Source: Haemophilus influenzae (GTDB taxonomy: Bacteria; Pseudomonadota; Gammaproteobacteria; Enterobacterales; Pasteurellaceae). Taken from it: DNA of 24,000 nt. Location of the stretch: assembly GCF_002985465.2 (NCBI RefSeq), contig NZ_CP135913.1. One strand, given 5' to 3'. Positions 1-9,170 of the stretch are shown here, one piece after another; within the stretch, counting starts at the first letter, position 1; every line of letters begins with the position of its first letter. The notes below the pieces were generated by a model. That model searched no databases and was not told where the DNA came from. It was given only the letters and a program-made list of their open reading frames with translations. A program made the position numbers and the translations under genes.

Positions 1-2
1 CT

Positions 3-1313
3 TTGCCAAGTTTTGTTTCGGAACAAAACAGCCTTGCACCAATGTTAGAAAAAGTACAACCTGCCGTTGTCACTCTTTCCGTTGAAGGAAAAGCTAAAGG
101 AGCTTCTCGTTCTCCTTTCCTAGACGATATTCCTGAAGAATTTAAATTCTTCTTTGGCGATCGTTTTGCTGAACAATTTGGTGGACGCAGAGAATCAAAA
201 CGTAACTTCCGTGGTTTAGGTTCTGGTGTCATTATTAATGCAAGCAAAGGTTATGTTTTAACCAATAATCACGTTATTGACGGGGCTGATAAAATCACTG
301 TGCAATTACAAGATGGCCGTGAATTTAAAGCAAAATTAGTAGGTAAAGATGAACAATCAGATATTGCGTTAGTTCAACTTGAAAAACCAAGTAATTTAAC
401 AGAAATCAAATTTGCCGATTCCGACAAATTACGCGTAGGCGATTTTACTGTTGCAATTGGTAATCCATTTGGTTTAGGTCAAACTGTGACATCAGGTATT
501 GTTTCTGCATTGGGTCGTTCAACAGGCTCTGATAGCGGTACTTATGAAAACTACATTCAAACCGATGCAGCCGTAAACCGCGGTAATTCGGGTGGTGCGT
601 TGGTAAATTTAAATGGCGAACTTATTGGCATTAATACCGCAATTATTTCTCCAAGCGGTGGCAATGCAGGAATTGCCTTTGCGATTCCAAGTAATCAAGC
701 AAGCAATTTAGTGCAACAAATTTTAGAATTTGGTCAAGTGCGTCGCGGATTGCTTGGTATTAAAGGGGGCGAACTCAATGCTGATTTAGCCAAAGCCTTT
801 AATGTGAGCGCGCAACAAGGCGCATTTGTGAGCGAAGTTTTACCGAAATCTGCTGCTGAAAAAGCAGGTCTTAAAGCGGGCGATATTATCACGGCAATGA
901 ACGGTCAAAAAATCTCAAGTTTTGCTGAAATGCGTGCAAAAATTGCAACCACTGGTGCAGGCAAAGAGATTAGCTTGACTTACTTACGAGACGGCAAATC
1001 CCACGGCGTTAAAGTGAAATTACAAGCGGATGATGGCAGCCAACTTTCCTCTAAAACTGAGTTGCCTGCATTAGATGGCGCAACATTGAAAGACTACGAT
1101 GCAAAAGGCGTTCAAGGCATTGAAATCACAAAAATTCAACCTAATTCGCTAGCTGCACAACGTGGTTTAAAAGCGGGCGATATTATTATTGGTATTAATC
1201 GTCAAATGATCGAAAACATTCGTGAATTAAATAAAGTGCTTGAAAATGAACCCTCCGCAGTTGCACTTAATATTTTACGAGGTAACAGTAATTTCTATTT
1301 ATTAGTGCAATAA
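3..1313 (+). CDS. htrA: Periplasmic serine endoprotease HtrA/DegQ family, 5'-truncated by the window edge
   Basis: The ORF is open from the window start. It has trypsin-like catalytic contexts (TNNHVI, SDIALV, GNSGGALVN) followed by two PDZ-like segments (GLLGIKG..., GIEITKI...). It converges on mfd as I recall for H. influenzae Rd. Confidence 0.93.
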   Translation: MPSFVSEQNSLAPMLEKVQPAVVTLSVEGKAKGASRSPFLDDIPEEFKFFFGDRFAEQFGGRRESKRNFRGLGSGVIINASKGYVLTNNHVIDGADKITVQLQDGREFKAKLVGKDEQSDIALVQLEKPSNLTEIKFADSDKLRVGDFTVAIGNPFGLGQTVTSGIVSALGRSTGSDSGTYENYIQTDAAVNRGNSGGALVNLNGELIGINTAIISPSGGNAGIAFAIPSNQASNLVQQILEFGQVRRGLLGIKGGELNADLAKAFNVSAQQGAFVSEVLPKSAAEKAGLKAGDIITAMNGQKISSFAEMRAKIATTGAGKEISLTYLRDGKSHGVKVKLQADDGSQLSSKTELPALDGATLKDYDAKGVQGIEITKIQPNSLAAQRGLKAGDIIIGINRQMIENIRELNKVLENEPSAVALNILRGNSNFYLLVQ

Positions 1314-1336
1314 TCTGCTTGATATTTTTAAGAAAA

Positions 1337-1361
1337 AAGTCCGATCACAATGAGCGGACTT
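1337..1361. terminator. Bidirectional intrinsic terminator between convergent htrA and mfd
   Basis: AAGTCCG (1337-1343) pairs with CGGACTT (1355-1361). An A-run lies on one side and a T-run on the other, in the 52-nt gap between the two stop codons. Confidence 0.6.
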
Positions 1362-1365
1362 CTTT

Positions 1366-4300
1366 TTATGCAGAAATCGTTCTTAACAAATCCACCACAA
1401 ATTCTAACCGCACTTTGTTATCAGATAGATCTTTCATAAACTTAAATTTTAATGGGCCATCAAAGCGATACACAATAGGTTCTTTTTGAATTAATTGGAT
1501 AAATTTATCTGGATTCACTTGTGCTTTTGCTGAAAACTCAATAAAACCGCCTTGTGTTCCAGCATCAATTCGCACAACTTTTAACGGCTCAACCAATAAA
1601 CGCAACTCTGCAATTTGCAATAGATTTTTTGTCGCATCTGGCAATAGTCCGAACCGATCTATTAACTCAACTTTTAACTCGTCCAATTCTGATTTACTCT
1701 CTGCTGCGGCAATACGTTTATAAAAGGATAAACGCATATTCACATCACCTAAATAATCATCTGGCAATAAAGCAGGCACGCGCAATTCAATATCCGCTTG
1801 TTGTTGCGTCAATTCTTCTAATGATGGCTCTCGCCCTTCTTTTAATGCTTTAACCGCCGCATCCAATAATTCCATATAAAGCGAAAAACCGATGCTTTCA
1901 ATTTGTCCGCTTTGTTCGTTTCCGAGTAATTCGCCAGCGCCACGAATCTCTAAATCATGAGTTGCCAAGATAAAACCAGCCCCAAGATTATCAAGATTTT
2001 CCAAGGCATCTAGACGACGTTCGGCATCTTTTGTCATCATTTTAGGTGGGGGCGTAAGCAAATACGCATAAGCCTGATGATGTGAACGCCCGACTCGTCC
2101 GCGTAATTGATGAAGCTGAGCCAAACCAAAATGATCTGCTCGTTCAATAATAATGGTATTTGCCGTTGGTACATCAATACCCGTTTCGATAATGGTTGAA
2201 CAAACTAAGACGTTATAACGCTGATGATAAAAATCACTCATCACACGTTCTAACTCACGTTCTCGCATTTGTCCGTGCCCCACAATCACTCTCGCCTCTG
2301 GCACAAGTGCGGTCAGTTTTTCTGCTGTATTTTCAATGCTTGCAACATCATTGTGGAGATAATAAACCTGTCCACCACGGAGAATTTCACGCAAAATCGC
2401 TTCTCGCACAACAAGATCGTCATTCTGACGGACGAAGGTTTTAATACTTAATCGGCGCGCAGGAGGCGTAGAAATAATGGAAAGATCACGAATGCCATTC
2501 ATCGCCATATTAAGTGTTCGAGGAATTGGCGTTGCCGTTAGGGTAAGAATATCGATATTTGCACGAAGCTGTTTGATTTTCTCTTTTTGCCCCACACCGA
2601 AACGATGTTCTTCATCAATAATCAACAAACCAAGATCGCTAAATTTTACATCTGATTGAATTAATTTATGGGTACCAATCAGTATATCGACTTTGCCTTC
2701 TGCAAGGTTTTCCAGAATTTGTTTTTGTTCTTTTGCAGTTTTAAAACGTGATAACACTTCTACGTTCACAGGCAAATTCGCAAAACGATCTTTAAAATTC
2801 TCATAATGCTGTTGGGCTAACAATGTGGTTGGCACTAGCACTGCTACTTGTTTATGATTCATCACAGCCAAAAAGGCAGCACGCATTGCCACTTCAGTTT
2901 TACCAAAACCCACATCACCGCAAACAAGGCGATCCATTGCTTTTGGCTGACACATATCAGAAATTACCGCATTAATTGCCATTTCCTGATCGTAGGTTTC
3001 TTCAAAAGGAAAAGTTGCAGCAAATTGTTGAAATTCTTCACGATCATATTTAAAGGCAAAGCCTTTTTTCGCTTCACGTTGTGCATAAACATCTAGTAAC
3101 TCTGCCGCTACATCACGAATTTTCTCCGCTGCTTTTTGGCGTGATTTCGCCCAAGCCTCATTACCCAGTTTATGTAATGGTGCACTTTCATCAGAACCAC
3201 CAACATAACGGCTAATCAAATGTAATGAAGTCACTGGCACATAAAGTTTTGATTCATTTGCATAATTTAGTAGCAAATATTCTGCTTTAATACCGCCTGT
3301 ATCTAAGGTGACCAAACCACCATAACGTCCCACACCGTGATCAAGATGCACAACGGGCTGCCCTATTTTCAGTTCTGCAAGATTGCGTACAAGCGTGTCA
3401 GGATTAATCGTTTTACGTTTATCTCTAGAACGTTGTTGAACACGTTCGCCAAGTAAATTAGCTTCGCCAATAATCGCAACAGGAAGCGATTGTTCAATTA
3501 TAAAACCTTGTTCAAGAGAGCTGACTAACAAGCTAAATTTTTCATCTTGAGCCTGTTCCAAGGATTGAATTTGTTTTGGCTTGAGTTTTAACGCTGAAAG
3601 CAAATCAAGCAAAGTCTCTCGGCGACCTTCCGTCTCCACAGAAAACAGTATATTTCCTTTAAAATGCTCAATAAATTGGCGTAATTGCCCCAATGGTTCT
3701 TTTTGCTGGGATTGAATGGTCACTTCTGGTAAAGCGGCAACAGGTAAATTTTTCTGGCGTACCGATGACCGCACTTTTTCAGCCTTAAATGTAATACGTG
3801 GATAAGATTTCAATCGGCGATTAACTTCATCAACATTGAGCCATAATTTTTCAGGCGATAAAAGCGGACGCATCGGATCCACTTTACGTTGTTCATAACG
3901 CTGTTTGGCATCCTGATAAAAACGCTCGCCTTGCATTTGGTTGTTTTCCATATCCACAAACAGCGTTTGTTCTGGCAAATAATCAAATAAAGTAGCCATT
4001 TCAGAAAAGAAAAGTGGCTGCCAATATTCAATGCCAGAAATCAAAGTACCTTTACTGATTTGCTGATAAATATGTTCGGGATCTCGACGAATCTCCCCAA
4101 AAGTTTCACGAAATTGTGCACGGAAAAATTCAATCCCTTTGTCATCCGTTGGAAATTCGTGCGCTGGCAAAAGATTAATTGAGTTAATTTCATCAAGAGT
4201 ACGTTGCGTATCCACATCAAAAGTTCGAATGGAATCAATTTCATCATCAAAAAAATCAAGACGAAAAGGCACCGCACTTCCCATTGGGAAAAGATCCAAC

Positions 4301-4806
4301 AAAGCACCACGAACTGCGTACTCGCCGTGTTCTAATACTTGCTCCACAGCACGATAGCCCGCTGCTTCCAATTGTAAACGCATTTTATCGATGACCAAAC
4401 GATCGCCTTTTTTAATCAGAAGCACATTGTGTTGTAAATATTGTGGCGGGCAAAGGCGTTGCATTAATGTCGAAATCGGCAATAAGAAAATGCCTTTTTT
4501 CGCATTTTGTAAATGGAAAAGCGCACTTAAACGAGAAGAAATAATTTCTTGATGGGGAGAAAAGGTATCATAAGGCAACGTTTCCCAATCAGGAAATACG
4601 CATACATTTTGACTGCTTAATTCTGATAAAATACGTGATAAACGCACCGCACTTCGTGTATCTGGTGTGACTACTACGGTTAAATTTTGATTTTGCTCTG
4701 CAATTTCACTAATCGCCAGTGCATCAGCACCTTGTAAGACATTGCCTAAAATTTTATGATCATTAGGTGAGGTTGGAATATCAGGTTGGAAAAAAGCCGT
4801 TTTCAT
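1366..4806 (-). CDS. mfd: Transcription-repair coupling factor Mfd
   Basis: The 1146-aa product has a UvrB-homology N-terminal region, superfamily-2 helicase motifs ([26 protein letters not shown]) and a TRG-type C-terminal region. I place the start at ATG 4806 (MKTAFFQ) rather than 4842. A TTGAAA-N17-TACACT promoter ends right at 4843, so the 4842 ATG would lie upstream of the likely transcription start. Confidence 0.95.
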   Translation of the reverse strand: MKTAFFQPDIPTSPNDHKILGNVLQGADALAISEIAEQNQNLTVVVTPDTRSAVRLSRILSELSSQNVCVFPDWETLPYDTFSPHQEIISSRLSALFHLQNAKKGIFLLPISTLMQRLCPPQYLQHNVLLIKKGDRLVIDKMRLQLEAAGYRAVEQVLEHGEYAVRGALLDLFPMGSAVPFRLDFFDDEIDSIRTFDVDTQRTLDEINSINLLPAHEFPTDDKGIEFFRAQFRETFGEIRRDPEHIYQQISKGTLISGIEYWQPLFFSEMATLFDYLPEQTLFVDMENNQMQGERFYQDAKQRYEQRKVDPMRPLLSPEKLWLNVDEVNRRLKSYPRITFKAEKVRSSVRQKNLPVAALPEVTIQSQQKEPLGQLRQFIEHFKGNILFSVETEGRRETLLDLLSALKLKPKQIQSLEQAQDEKFSLLVSSLEQGFIIEQSLPVAIIGEANLLGERVQQRSRDKRKTINPDTLVRNLAELKIGQPVVHLDHGVGRYGGLVTLDTGGIKAEYLLLNYANESKLYVPVTSLHLISRYVGGSDESAPLHKLGNEAWAKSRQKAAEKIRDVAAELLDVYAQREAKKGFAFKYDREEFQQFAATFPFEETYDQEMAINAVISDMCQPKAMDRLVCGDVGFGKTEVAMRAAFLAVMNHKQVAVLVPTTLLAQQHYENFKDRFANLPVNVEVLSRFKTAKEQKQILENLAEGKVDILIGTHKLIQSDVKFSDLGLLIIDEEHRFGVGQKEKIKQLRANIDILTLTATPIPRTLNMAMNGIRDLSIISTPPARRLSIKTFVRQNDDLVVREAILREILRGGQVYYLHNDVASIENTAEKLTALVPEARVIVGHGQMRERELERVMSDFYHQRYNVLVCSTIIETGIDVPTANTIIIERADHFGLAQLHQLRGRVGRSHHQAYAYLLTPPPKMMTKDAERRLDALENLDNLGAGFILATHDLEIRGAGELLGNEQSGQIESIGFSLYMELLDAAVKALKEGREPSLEELTQQQADIELRVPALLPDDYLGDVNMRLSFYKRIAAAESKSELDELKVELIDRFGLLPDATKNLLQIAELRLLVEPLKVVRIDAGTQGGFIEFSAKAQVNPDKFIQLIQKEPIVYRFDGPLKFKFMKDLSDNKVRLEFVVDLLRTISA
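1407..1415 (-). repeat. USS core (ACCGCACTT on + strand)
   Basis: Exact 9-mer match to the Haemophilus uptake signal sequence. Confidence 0.9.
2305..2313 (+). repeat. USS core AAGTGCGGT
   Basis: Exact 9-mer match. Confidence 0.9.
3768..3776 (-). repeat. USS core (ACCGCACTT on + strand)
   Basis: Exact 9-mer match. Confidence 0.9.
4271..4279 (-). repeat. USS core (ACCGCACTT on + strand)
   Basis: Exact 9-mer match. Confidence 0.9.
4646..4654 (-). repeat. USS core (ACCGCACTT on + strand)
   Basis: Exact 9-mer match. Confidence 0.9.
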
Positions 4807-4842
4807 AAATAATGCATCAATCTTGTATAAAAATTGACGCAT

Positions 4843-4871
4843 AGTGTACTGGAATTTACCCTATCTTTCAA
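4843..4871 (-). promoter_or_regulatory. Candidate sigma70 promoter for mfd
   Basis: On the minus strand: -35 TTGAAA (4871-4866), a 17-nt spacer, and -10 TACACT (4848-4843). Confidence 0.4.
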
Positions 4872-4877
4872 TAAGTT

Positions 4878-4898
4878 TACTGTTTAAAAAAACAGTTA
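4878..4898. promoter_or_regulatory. LexA (SOS) box-like palindrome TACTGTTTAAAAAAACAGTTA
   Basis: CTGT (4880-4883), 8 nt, ACAG (4892-4895) matches the gammaproteobacterial SOS-box core CTGT-N8-ACAG with an AT-only spacer. It lies 6 nt upstream of the candidate mfd -35 and 5 nt after the stop of the small ORF. Confidence 0.4.
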
Positions 4899-4902
4899 AT
4901 AT

Positions 4903-5076
4903 TTATTTCTTTAAAGAAGATTCTTCTTTCTTCAAATTACCATTTTCATCTTCTGTTGCTGACATAGGCACGCAGCTACAATTAGGTTGATCTAACCCCC
5001 ATTCTTTAATGAAGTTGTCATATTTTTCAAGTGCGCGTTTAAACCAGCCTTTTGGTTTTGCGGTTTGTTCTGTCAT
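4903..5076 (-). CDS. Small 57-aa protein of unknown function, translationally coupled to tmcA
   Basis: Hand translation gives MTEQTAKPKGWFKRALEKYDNFIKEWGLDQPNCSCVPMSATEDENGNLKKEESSLKK. Its ATG (5076-5074) overlaps the tmcA TGA (5075-5073) as ATGA. An AGGAA ribosome-binding site lies 4 nt upstream. It is absent from the ORF track because it is shorter than 60 aa. Confidence 0.6.
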   Translation of the reverse strand: MTEQTAKPKGWFKRALEKYDNFIKEWGLDQPNCSCVPMSATEDENGNLKKEESSLKK

Positions 5077-7043
5077 AAAGTTCCTCGCGCTAAATATTGT
5101 TTAATTTCTAAACGCAAACATTCTACGCCTTTTTTCTTGTTAATGGGAAGTTGTTTTTTTGTTAAATAAGCGGAAATTAATGGAAAATTTTCTTTACCTG
5201 CTAATTTTAATAAACGCCTCATCGCAGGAACACTCGAAAATAAAGTGCGGTGAAAATTAGCGAAGTTTTTTAAGCTCAGCCAATCGAACTCATCAAGCTG
5301 CCAATCAAACTGATTTTGCTCAAAATTTATGGCGAACGGATGAAAAGATAAAGGGATATTACGCTGAAATTGTTTGTGTGCAGTATCAACTAAAGCCAAG
5401 CCTTCTTTGGAAAGACCTTTAAGGGCAATCGCTGAATAACAACCACTACTCGCTTCTTGATGTTCGCCTAAATGCACCAAAACAAAACCACACTTTTGCC
5501 AAAATTTTGCCAATTCGTCAGTGTAACCAAAACTTACCGAAAGAAAATCCACTTCTGAATTTTCCATAAATTTCATTAGATTTTGACCAATGCCCTTTTG
5601 CTGCCAATTTGGTTGCACGGCGATACGTGAAATGCGGAGTGAACGCAGTTTACAGGCTTGGGAAAGATTTTCATGGAAACATAACGCCTGCGGAACCAGA
5701 TTCCCTTTCGGACGGCGTTTGCCTTGTTGAATTTGAATAATCAACTCATCATCAGCCATATTTCCTTCTTCTAATGCCCAAATTGCACCGAGCAAATTCT
5801 GTTGATATTCGGCAAAATAAAAACGTTGATTTTCTCCATCCAGTAAACGGCGAAGATCGAGTGGCGATGTGCGGTAGTGAGCAATCGTCATTAGCCCATA
5901 AAAATCTCGAAAGAAAAATTGATGACTATATTCCCCTTGGCTGCCCTTGCTTGTGAGGGGTGCTACCGAAGGCTGAGGGGAGCTGGCTATATCTAAGTCC
6001 CCCTTCCGCCCTACGGGCACCTTCCCCCGCAAGCAGGGGAAGGAAAGGTTTTTAGCGTTTTCCTCAATGTTATAAGTAATATCGCTATAGTCGAAGTGCT
6101 GAAAATCATCTTCGGCATTTAGCAACAAAAGATCATCAATAAAATCTTCTAACGGATCATTTTCTTGCCAACGTAGAGGCTGTTTAAGCTCAAAATGCTG
6201 AAAAGTGCGGTGGATTTTTCGTTTAAATTTTAATTCAAAGCCACGCCCCGTTCCTTCGTAGCTATGAATTGTAGTACTGAAGACAATATGTTGAAAATAT
6301 TGAGAATATTGTTGCAATAATGGCAATGGGATCATCGCAGCTTCATCTACGAGCAACCAAGCGGATTGACTAAATTCAGATTCATGTTGTAACCGAATAG
6401 TCAGTTCATCGGGGGCGATAAATTCTATCTCTCGTTCTGAAAATTCAATAACCGAATGTACCGCACTTTTATTTGGTGCAGTGAGATAAACTGGTGCTTG
6501 AATTTGGTTAGTAAGTATCCCCAATAATGCCGATTTCCCTCTTCCCCGCTTTGCGGTTAGAAAATAAATATCCTGCTCAGCCTGTAAAATAGTCTCGATA
6601 ATTTGTTGTTGCGCTAACGTGGCATTTTTGTGATGCTCGTTAGAATAAAAAACCGAAGGAAATTCAACCGCACTTTCCTCTCTGAAAATAGGGAAATGAT
6701 AGCGTTCAATGCAATGTTTGAAATAATAAATAAAATTAGGCGTGGCGATTGCTGACTGATTTCCATTCCAACGTAAACTATCTTGATCAGGCTGCTGAGA
6801 TAAATTTTCCCAATCGGATAAGACTAAACAAAGTGTGCCACCCATTTTCAGTGTTCCAGCTGCAATAGCTAACGCTTCAAGATGAATGCCATTTCGTCCA
6901 TCAAATAAAATATGTTCAAATTCTTGTCCAAGCAAATTCGTTGCTTTCGAAAAAGCAATGCCACTTTCGCCGATAATCAAAACGTTATCAGGCACAAGTG
7001 GCAAAGTTTTACTGATTAAAATTTGAAGATGGCGAGATGGCAT
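5073..7043 (-). CDS. tmcA: tRNA(Met) cytidine acetyltransferase TmcA (helicase-like ATPase plus GNAT domain)
   Basis: Walker A TAKRGRGKSA, Walker B LLVDEAAMIP, HSYEGTGRGF, then a GNAT segment (RISRIAVQPNWQQKGIGQNL) and a C-terminal tRNA-binding-like tail. This architecture matches E. coli TmcA/YpfI. It contains an atypical G+C-rich in-frame segment, listed separately. Confidence 0.85.
   Translation of the reverse strand: MPSRHLQILISKTLPLVPDNVLIIGESGIAFSKATNLLGQEFEHILFDGRNGIHLEALAIAAGTLKMGGTLCLVLSDWENLSQQPDQDSLRWNGNQSAIATPNFIYYFKHCIERYHFPIFREESAVEFPSVFYSNEHHKNATLAQQQIIETILQAEQDIYFLTAKRGRGKSALLGILTNQIQAPVYLTAPNKSAVHSVIEFSEREIEFIAPDELTIRLQHESEFSQSAWLLVDEAAMIPLPLLQQYSQYFQHIVFSTTIHSYEGTGRGFELKFKRKIHRTFQHFELKQPLRWQENDPLEDFIDDLLLLNAEDDFQHFDYSDITYNIEENAKNLSFPCLRGKVPVGRKGDLDIASSPQPSVAPLTSKGSQGEYSHQFFFRDFYGLMTIAHYRTSPLDLRRLLDGENQRFYFAEYQQNLLGAIWALEEGNMADDELIIQIQQGKRRPKGNLVPQALCFHENLSQACKLRSLRISRIAVQPNWQQKGIGQNLMKFMENSEVDFLSVSFGYTDELAKFWQKCGFVLVHLGEHQEASSGCYSAIALKGLSKEGLALVDTAHKQFQRNIPLSFHPFAINFEQNQFDWQLDEFDWLSLKNFANFHRTLFSSVPAMRRLLKLAGKENFPLISAYLTKKQLPINKKKGVECLRLEIKQYLARGTL
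5243..5251 (+). repeat. USS core AAGTGCGGT
   Basis: Exact 9-mer match. Confidence 0.9.
5933..6048. repeat. G+C-rich, hairpin-rich MITE-like segment inside tmcA, read in frame
   Basis: By hand count about 74 of 116 bases are G or C, inside a visibly AT-rich gene. There is an 8-bp GC stem, CCTTCCCC (6020-6027) with GGGGAAGG (6036-6043). TGAGGGG occurs as a direct repeat at 5953 and 5974. The ends look like imperfect inverted repeats: CCCTTGCTTGTGAGGGG on the + strand versus CCCCTGCTTGCGGGGGA on the - strand. It encodes FPCLRGKVPVGRKGDLDIASSPQPSVAPLTSKGSQG. Confidence 0.5.
6203..6211 (+). repeat. USS core AAGTGCGGT
   Basis: Exact 9-mer match. Confidence 0.9.
6460..6468 (-). repeat. USS core (ACCGCACTT on + strand)
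   Basis: Exact 9-mer match. Confidence 0.9.
6667..6675 (-). repeat. USS core (ACCGCACTT on + strand)
   Basis: Exact 9-mer match. Confidence 0.9.
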
Positions 7044-7047
7044 CGTG

Positions 7048-7389
7048 TTATTTTAAATAGGCAATTAATATCGCACCAATAAAACTTACGCAAGCAAGCA
7101 AAAAGAAAATAGGTTTTGGTTGCACAACCTTTTTACTGAAAAATTTCGCAGCAAACAGGATATACAAAATCAGTAATGCAAATTTAGCTATCAACCACCA
7201 TTCAATATCAAAAACAAAGAGATATAAAATGACGGCACCAGAAACAATCAACAAGGTATCTGATAAGTGAGGTAAAATTTTTAATAATTTTATCGAACGC
7301 CAATTTTTACCATTAAGCTGCATTGCACCACGAATTACTAACAATGCCAAACTTAAAAAGGCGAAAAAAATATGTAAATGAACTAACAT
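7048..7389 (-). CDS. SirB2-family small inner-membrane protein
   Basis: A 113-aa product with four hydrophobic segments, only 4 nt upstream of tmcA. I place the start at ATG 7389 (MLVHLHIFF), which follows GGGAGTG. The longer ORF-track start at 7431 would run through the ettA terminator hairpin. Confidence 0.75.
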   Translation of the reverse strand: MLVHLHIFFAFLSLALLVIRGAMQLNGKNWRSIKLLKILPHLSDTLLIVSGAVILYLFVFDIEWWLIAKFALLILYILFAAKFFSKKVVQPKPIFFLLACVSFIGAILIAYLK

Positions 7390-7412
7390 AATCACTCCCA
7401 AAAAAGTAAGAA

Positions 7413-7438
7413 AAGTGCGGTCAAAATCCACCGCACTT
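7413..7438 (-). terminator. Inverted USS pair forming a hairpin after ettA
   Basis: AAGTGCGGT (7413-7421) and ACCGCACTT (7430-7438) form a stem of about 10 bp. On the minus strand a T-rich tract follows. The hairpin lies 13 nt after the ettA stop. Confidence 0.6.
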
Positions 7439-7450
7439 TCTCAATCTAAA

Positions 7451-9121
7451 TTACTTCGCAATACGTTTATATTTAATACGATGTGGCTGAGTTGCTGCAT
7501 CGCCTAAGGTTTTCTTTTTCCACTCTTCGTAGTCTGAGAAGTTACCTTCGTAGAACGTCACTTTACCTTCATCGCCGTAGTCTAAAATATGCGTTGCGAT
7601 ACGATCTAAGAACCAACGGTCATGGGAAATCACCATTGCACAGCCTGGGAATTCTAAGATCGCATTTTCTAAGGCACGCAAGGTTTCAACGTCCAAATCA
7701 TTGGTTGGTTCGTCCAATAACAGTACGTTACCTCCACGTTGTAGCAGTTTCGCTAAATGTAAACGACCACGTTCCCCACCCGATAATTCGCCCACGCGTT
7801 TTTGTTGATCTACCCCTTTGAAATTAAAACGTCCAACATAAGCACGGCTTGGAATTTCAAAGTTGCCGATAGTGAGAATGTCTTGCCCATTAGAGACTTC
7901 TTCCCATACAGTTTTTTTGTCATCCATAGCATCACGGAACTGATCCACCGAAGCAAGTACAACGGTTTCGCCCATCGTAATAGAGCCATTATCTGGCTGC
8001 TCTTGACCTGACAACATACGGAATAAGGTTGATTTACCTGCACCGTTCGCTCCGATAATCCCAACGATTGCACCTTTTGGAATACTGAATGATAAATCAT
8101 CAATCAAAGTGCGGTCGCCATAAGACTTGGTTAAGTTTTGCACTTCAATGACTTTATCGCCTAAGCGTGGACCTGGTGGAATAAAGAGTTCATTTGTTTC
8201 GTTTCGTTTTTGATATTCGCCAGAGTTCAATTCATCAAAACGAGCCATACGCGCCTTGCTTTTTGCTTGGCGACCTTTTGGATTTTGACGAACCCATTCC
8301 AACTCTTTCGCAATGGATTTTTGACGCGCATTTTCAGCGGCTTGTTCTTGCTCTAAACGTTTCTCTTTTTGCTCTAACCAAGAAGAATAGTTACCTTCCC
8401 AAGGAATACCCTCACCGCGGTCAAGCTCTAAGATCCAACCCGCTACGTTATCTAAGAAATAACGGTCGTGGGTAATTGCGACAACAGTGCCTTCGTAGTC
8501 GTGTAAGAAGCGTTCTAACCACGCCACAGATTCTGCATCTAAGTGGTTAGTTGGTTCGTCTAATAAGAGCATGTCTGGTTTTTCAAGCAATAAACGGCAA
8601 AGTGCCACACGACGACGCTCGCCCCCTGATAAATGCTCAATTTTCGCATCCCAATCTGGTAAACGTAACGCATCTGCGGCACGCTCTAATTGGTTATCTA
8701 AATTATGCCCATCATGCGCTTGAATAATGGCTTCAAGATTGGCTTGTTCTGCCGCTAATTTATCAAAATCTGCATCAGGATCCGCATAAAGCGCATACAC
8801 TTCATCTAAACGAGTAAGTGCATTTTTCACTTCAGAAACCGCTTCTTCCACTGCTTCACGCACGGTTTGTTGCGGTTCTAATTTTGGTTCTTGCGGAAGA
8901 TAACCGATTTTAATCCCAGATTGTGGACGAGCCTCCCCTTCAAACTCTTTATCTACGCCCGCCATAATGCGTAAAAGGGTCGATTTCCCCGCACCATTTA
9001 AGCCCAATACCCCGATTTTCGCACCTGGGAAAAAGCTTAAAGAAATATCTTTCAAAATATGACGCTTCGGCGGCACCACTTTGCCGACACGATGCATCGT
9101 ATACACAAATTGAGATGACAT
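7451..9121 (-). CDS. ettA: ABC-F translational throttle ATPase EttA
   Basis: Two ABC cassettes (GLNGAGKST / LSGGERRR / LLLDEPTNHLD and GANGAGKST / LSGGERGR / LLLDEPTNDLD). It aligns near-colinearly with the E. coli EttA sequence as I recall it, from MSSQFVYTMHRVGKVVPPKRHILK to the C-terminal RIKYKRIAK. Confidence 0.95.
   Translation of the reverse strand: MSSQFVYTMHRVGKVVPPKRHILKDISLSFFPGAKIGVLGLNGAGKSTLLRIMAGVDKEFEGEARPQSGIKIGYLPQEPKLEPQQTVREAVEEAVSEVKNALTRLDEVYALYADPDADFDKLAAEQANLEAIIQAHDGHNLDNQLERAADALRLPDWDAKIEHLSGGERRRVALCRLLLEKPDMLLLDEPTNHLDAESVAWLERFLHDYEGTVVAITHDRYFLDNVAGWILELDRGEGIPWEGNYSSWLEQKEKRLEQEQAAENARQKSIAKELEWVRQNPKGRQAKSKARMARFDELNSGEYQKRNETNELFIPPGPRLGDKVIEVQNLTKSYGDRTLIDDLSFSIPKGAIVGIIGANGAGKSTLFRMLSGQEQPDNGSITMGETVVLASVDQFRDAMDDKKTVWEEVSNGQDILTIGNFEIPSRAYVGRFNFKGVDQQKRVGELSGGERGRLHLAKLLQRGGNVLLLDEPTNDLDVETLRALENAILEFPGCAMVISHDRWFLDRIATHILDYGDEGKVTFYEGNFSDYEEWKKKTLGDAATQPHRIKYKRIAK
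8107..8115 (+). repeat. USS core AAGTGCGGT
   Basis: Exact 9-mer match. Confidence 0.9.
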
Positions 9122-9135
9122 TAATAATTCCTCAC

Positions 9136-9170
9136 AAAAAAATTCGCCCTATTTTACTGGAAAATAGGGC
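9136..9170 (-). terminator. Intrinsic terminator-like hairpin between higA and ettA
   Basis: A 10-bp stem, GCCCTATTTT (9146-9155) with AAAATAGGGC (9161-9170), followed on the minus strand by T7 (9142-9136). It ends about 15 nt before the ettA start codon. Confidence 0.55.

Noticed and set aside
1554..4357. Eight track ORFs of 60-99 aa inside or opposite mfd (1554-1853, 2196-2444, 2269-2451, 2477-2659, 2848-3096, 3810-4031, 4041-4310, 4139-4357).
   Set aside because: All lie wholly within the 1146-aa mfd reading frame region. They have low-complexity or implausible composition and no start context. They are typical shadow ORFs of an AT-rich gene.
4807..4842. N-terminal extensions given by the ORF track: mfd from 4842, SirB2-like from 7431, tnpB from TTG 16302, sulfatase-family gene from GTG 21474.
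   Set aside because: Downstream ATGs fit better with ribosome-binding-site or promoter positions, with the terminator hairpin at 7413-7438, and with typical family N-termini. The extensions are most likely untranslated.
4878..4898. The palindrome as the intrinsic terminator of the tmcA-small-ORF transcript.
   Set aside because: The stem is short and AT-rich and is not followed by a U-tract on the minus strand. The exact CTGT-N8-ACAG spacing makes a LexA-type site the better reading, though termination is not fully excluded.
5933..6048. The G+C-rich segment as a gene-disrupting insertion, which would make tmcA a pseudogene.
   Set aside because: Hand translation shows the frame stays open through the segment, and conserved TmcA sequence resumes after it (MTIAHYRTSPLDLRRLLDG).
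7483..8475. Track ORFs overlapping ettA (7483-7821, 7802-8011, 7810-8103, 8194-8475), and 5774-5956 inside tmcA.
   Set aside because: They are embedded in strongly supported conserved genes and show no independent signals.
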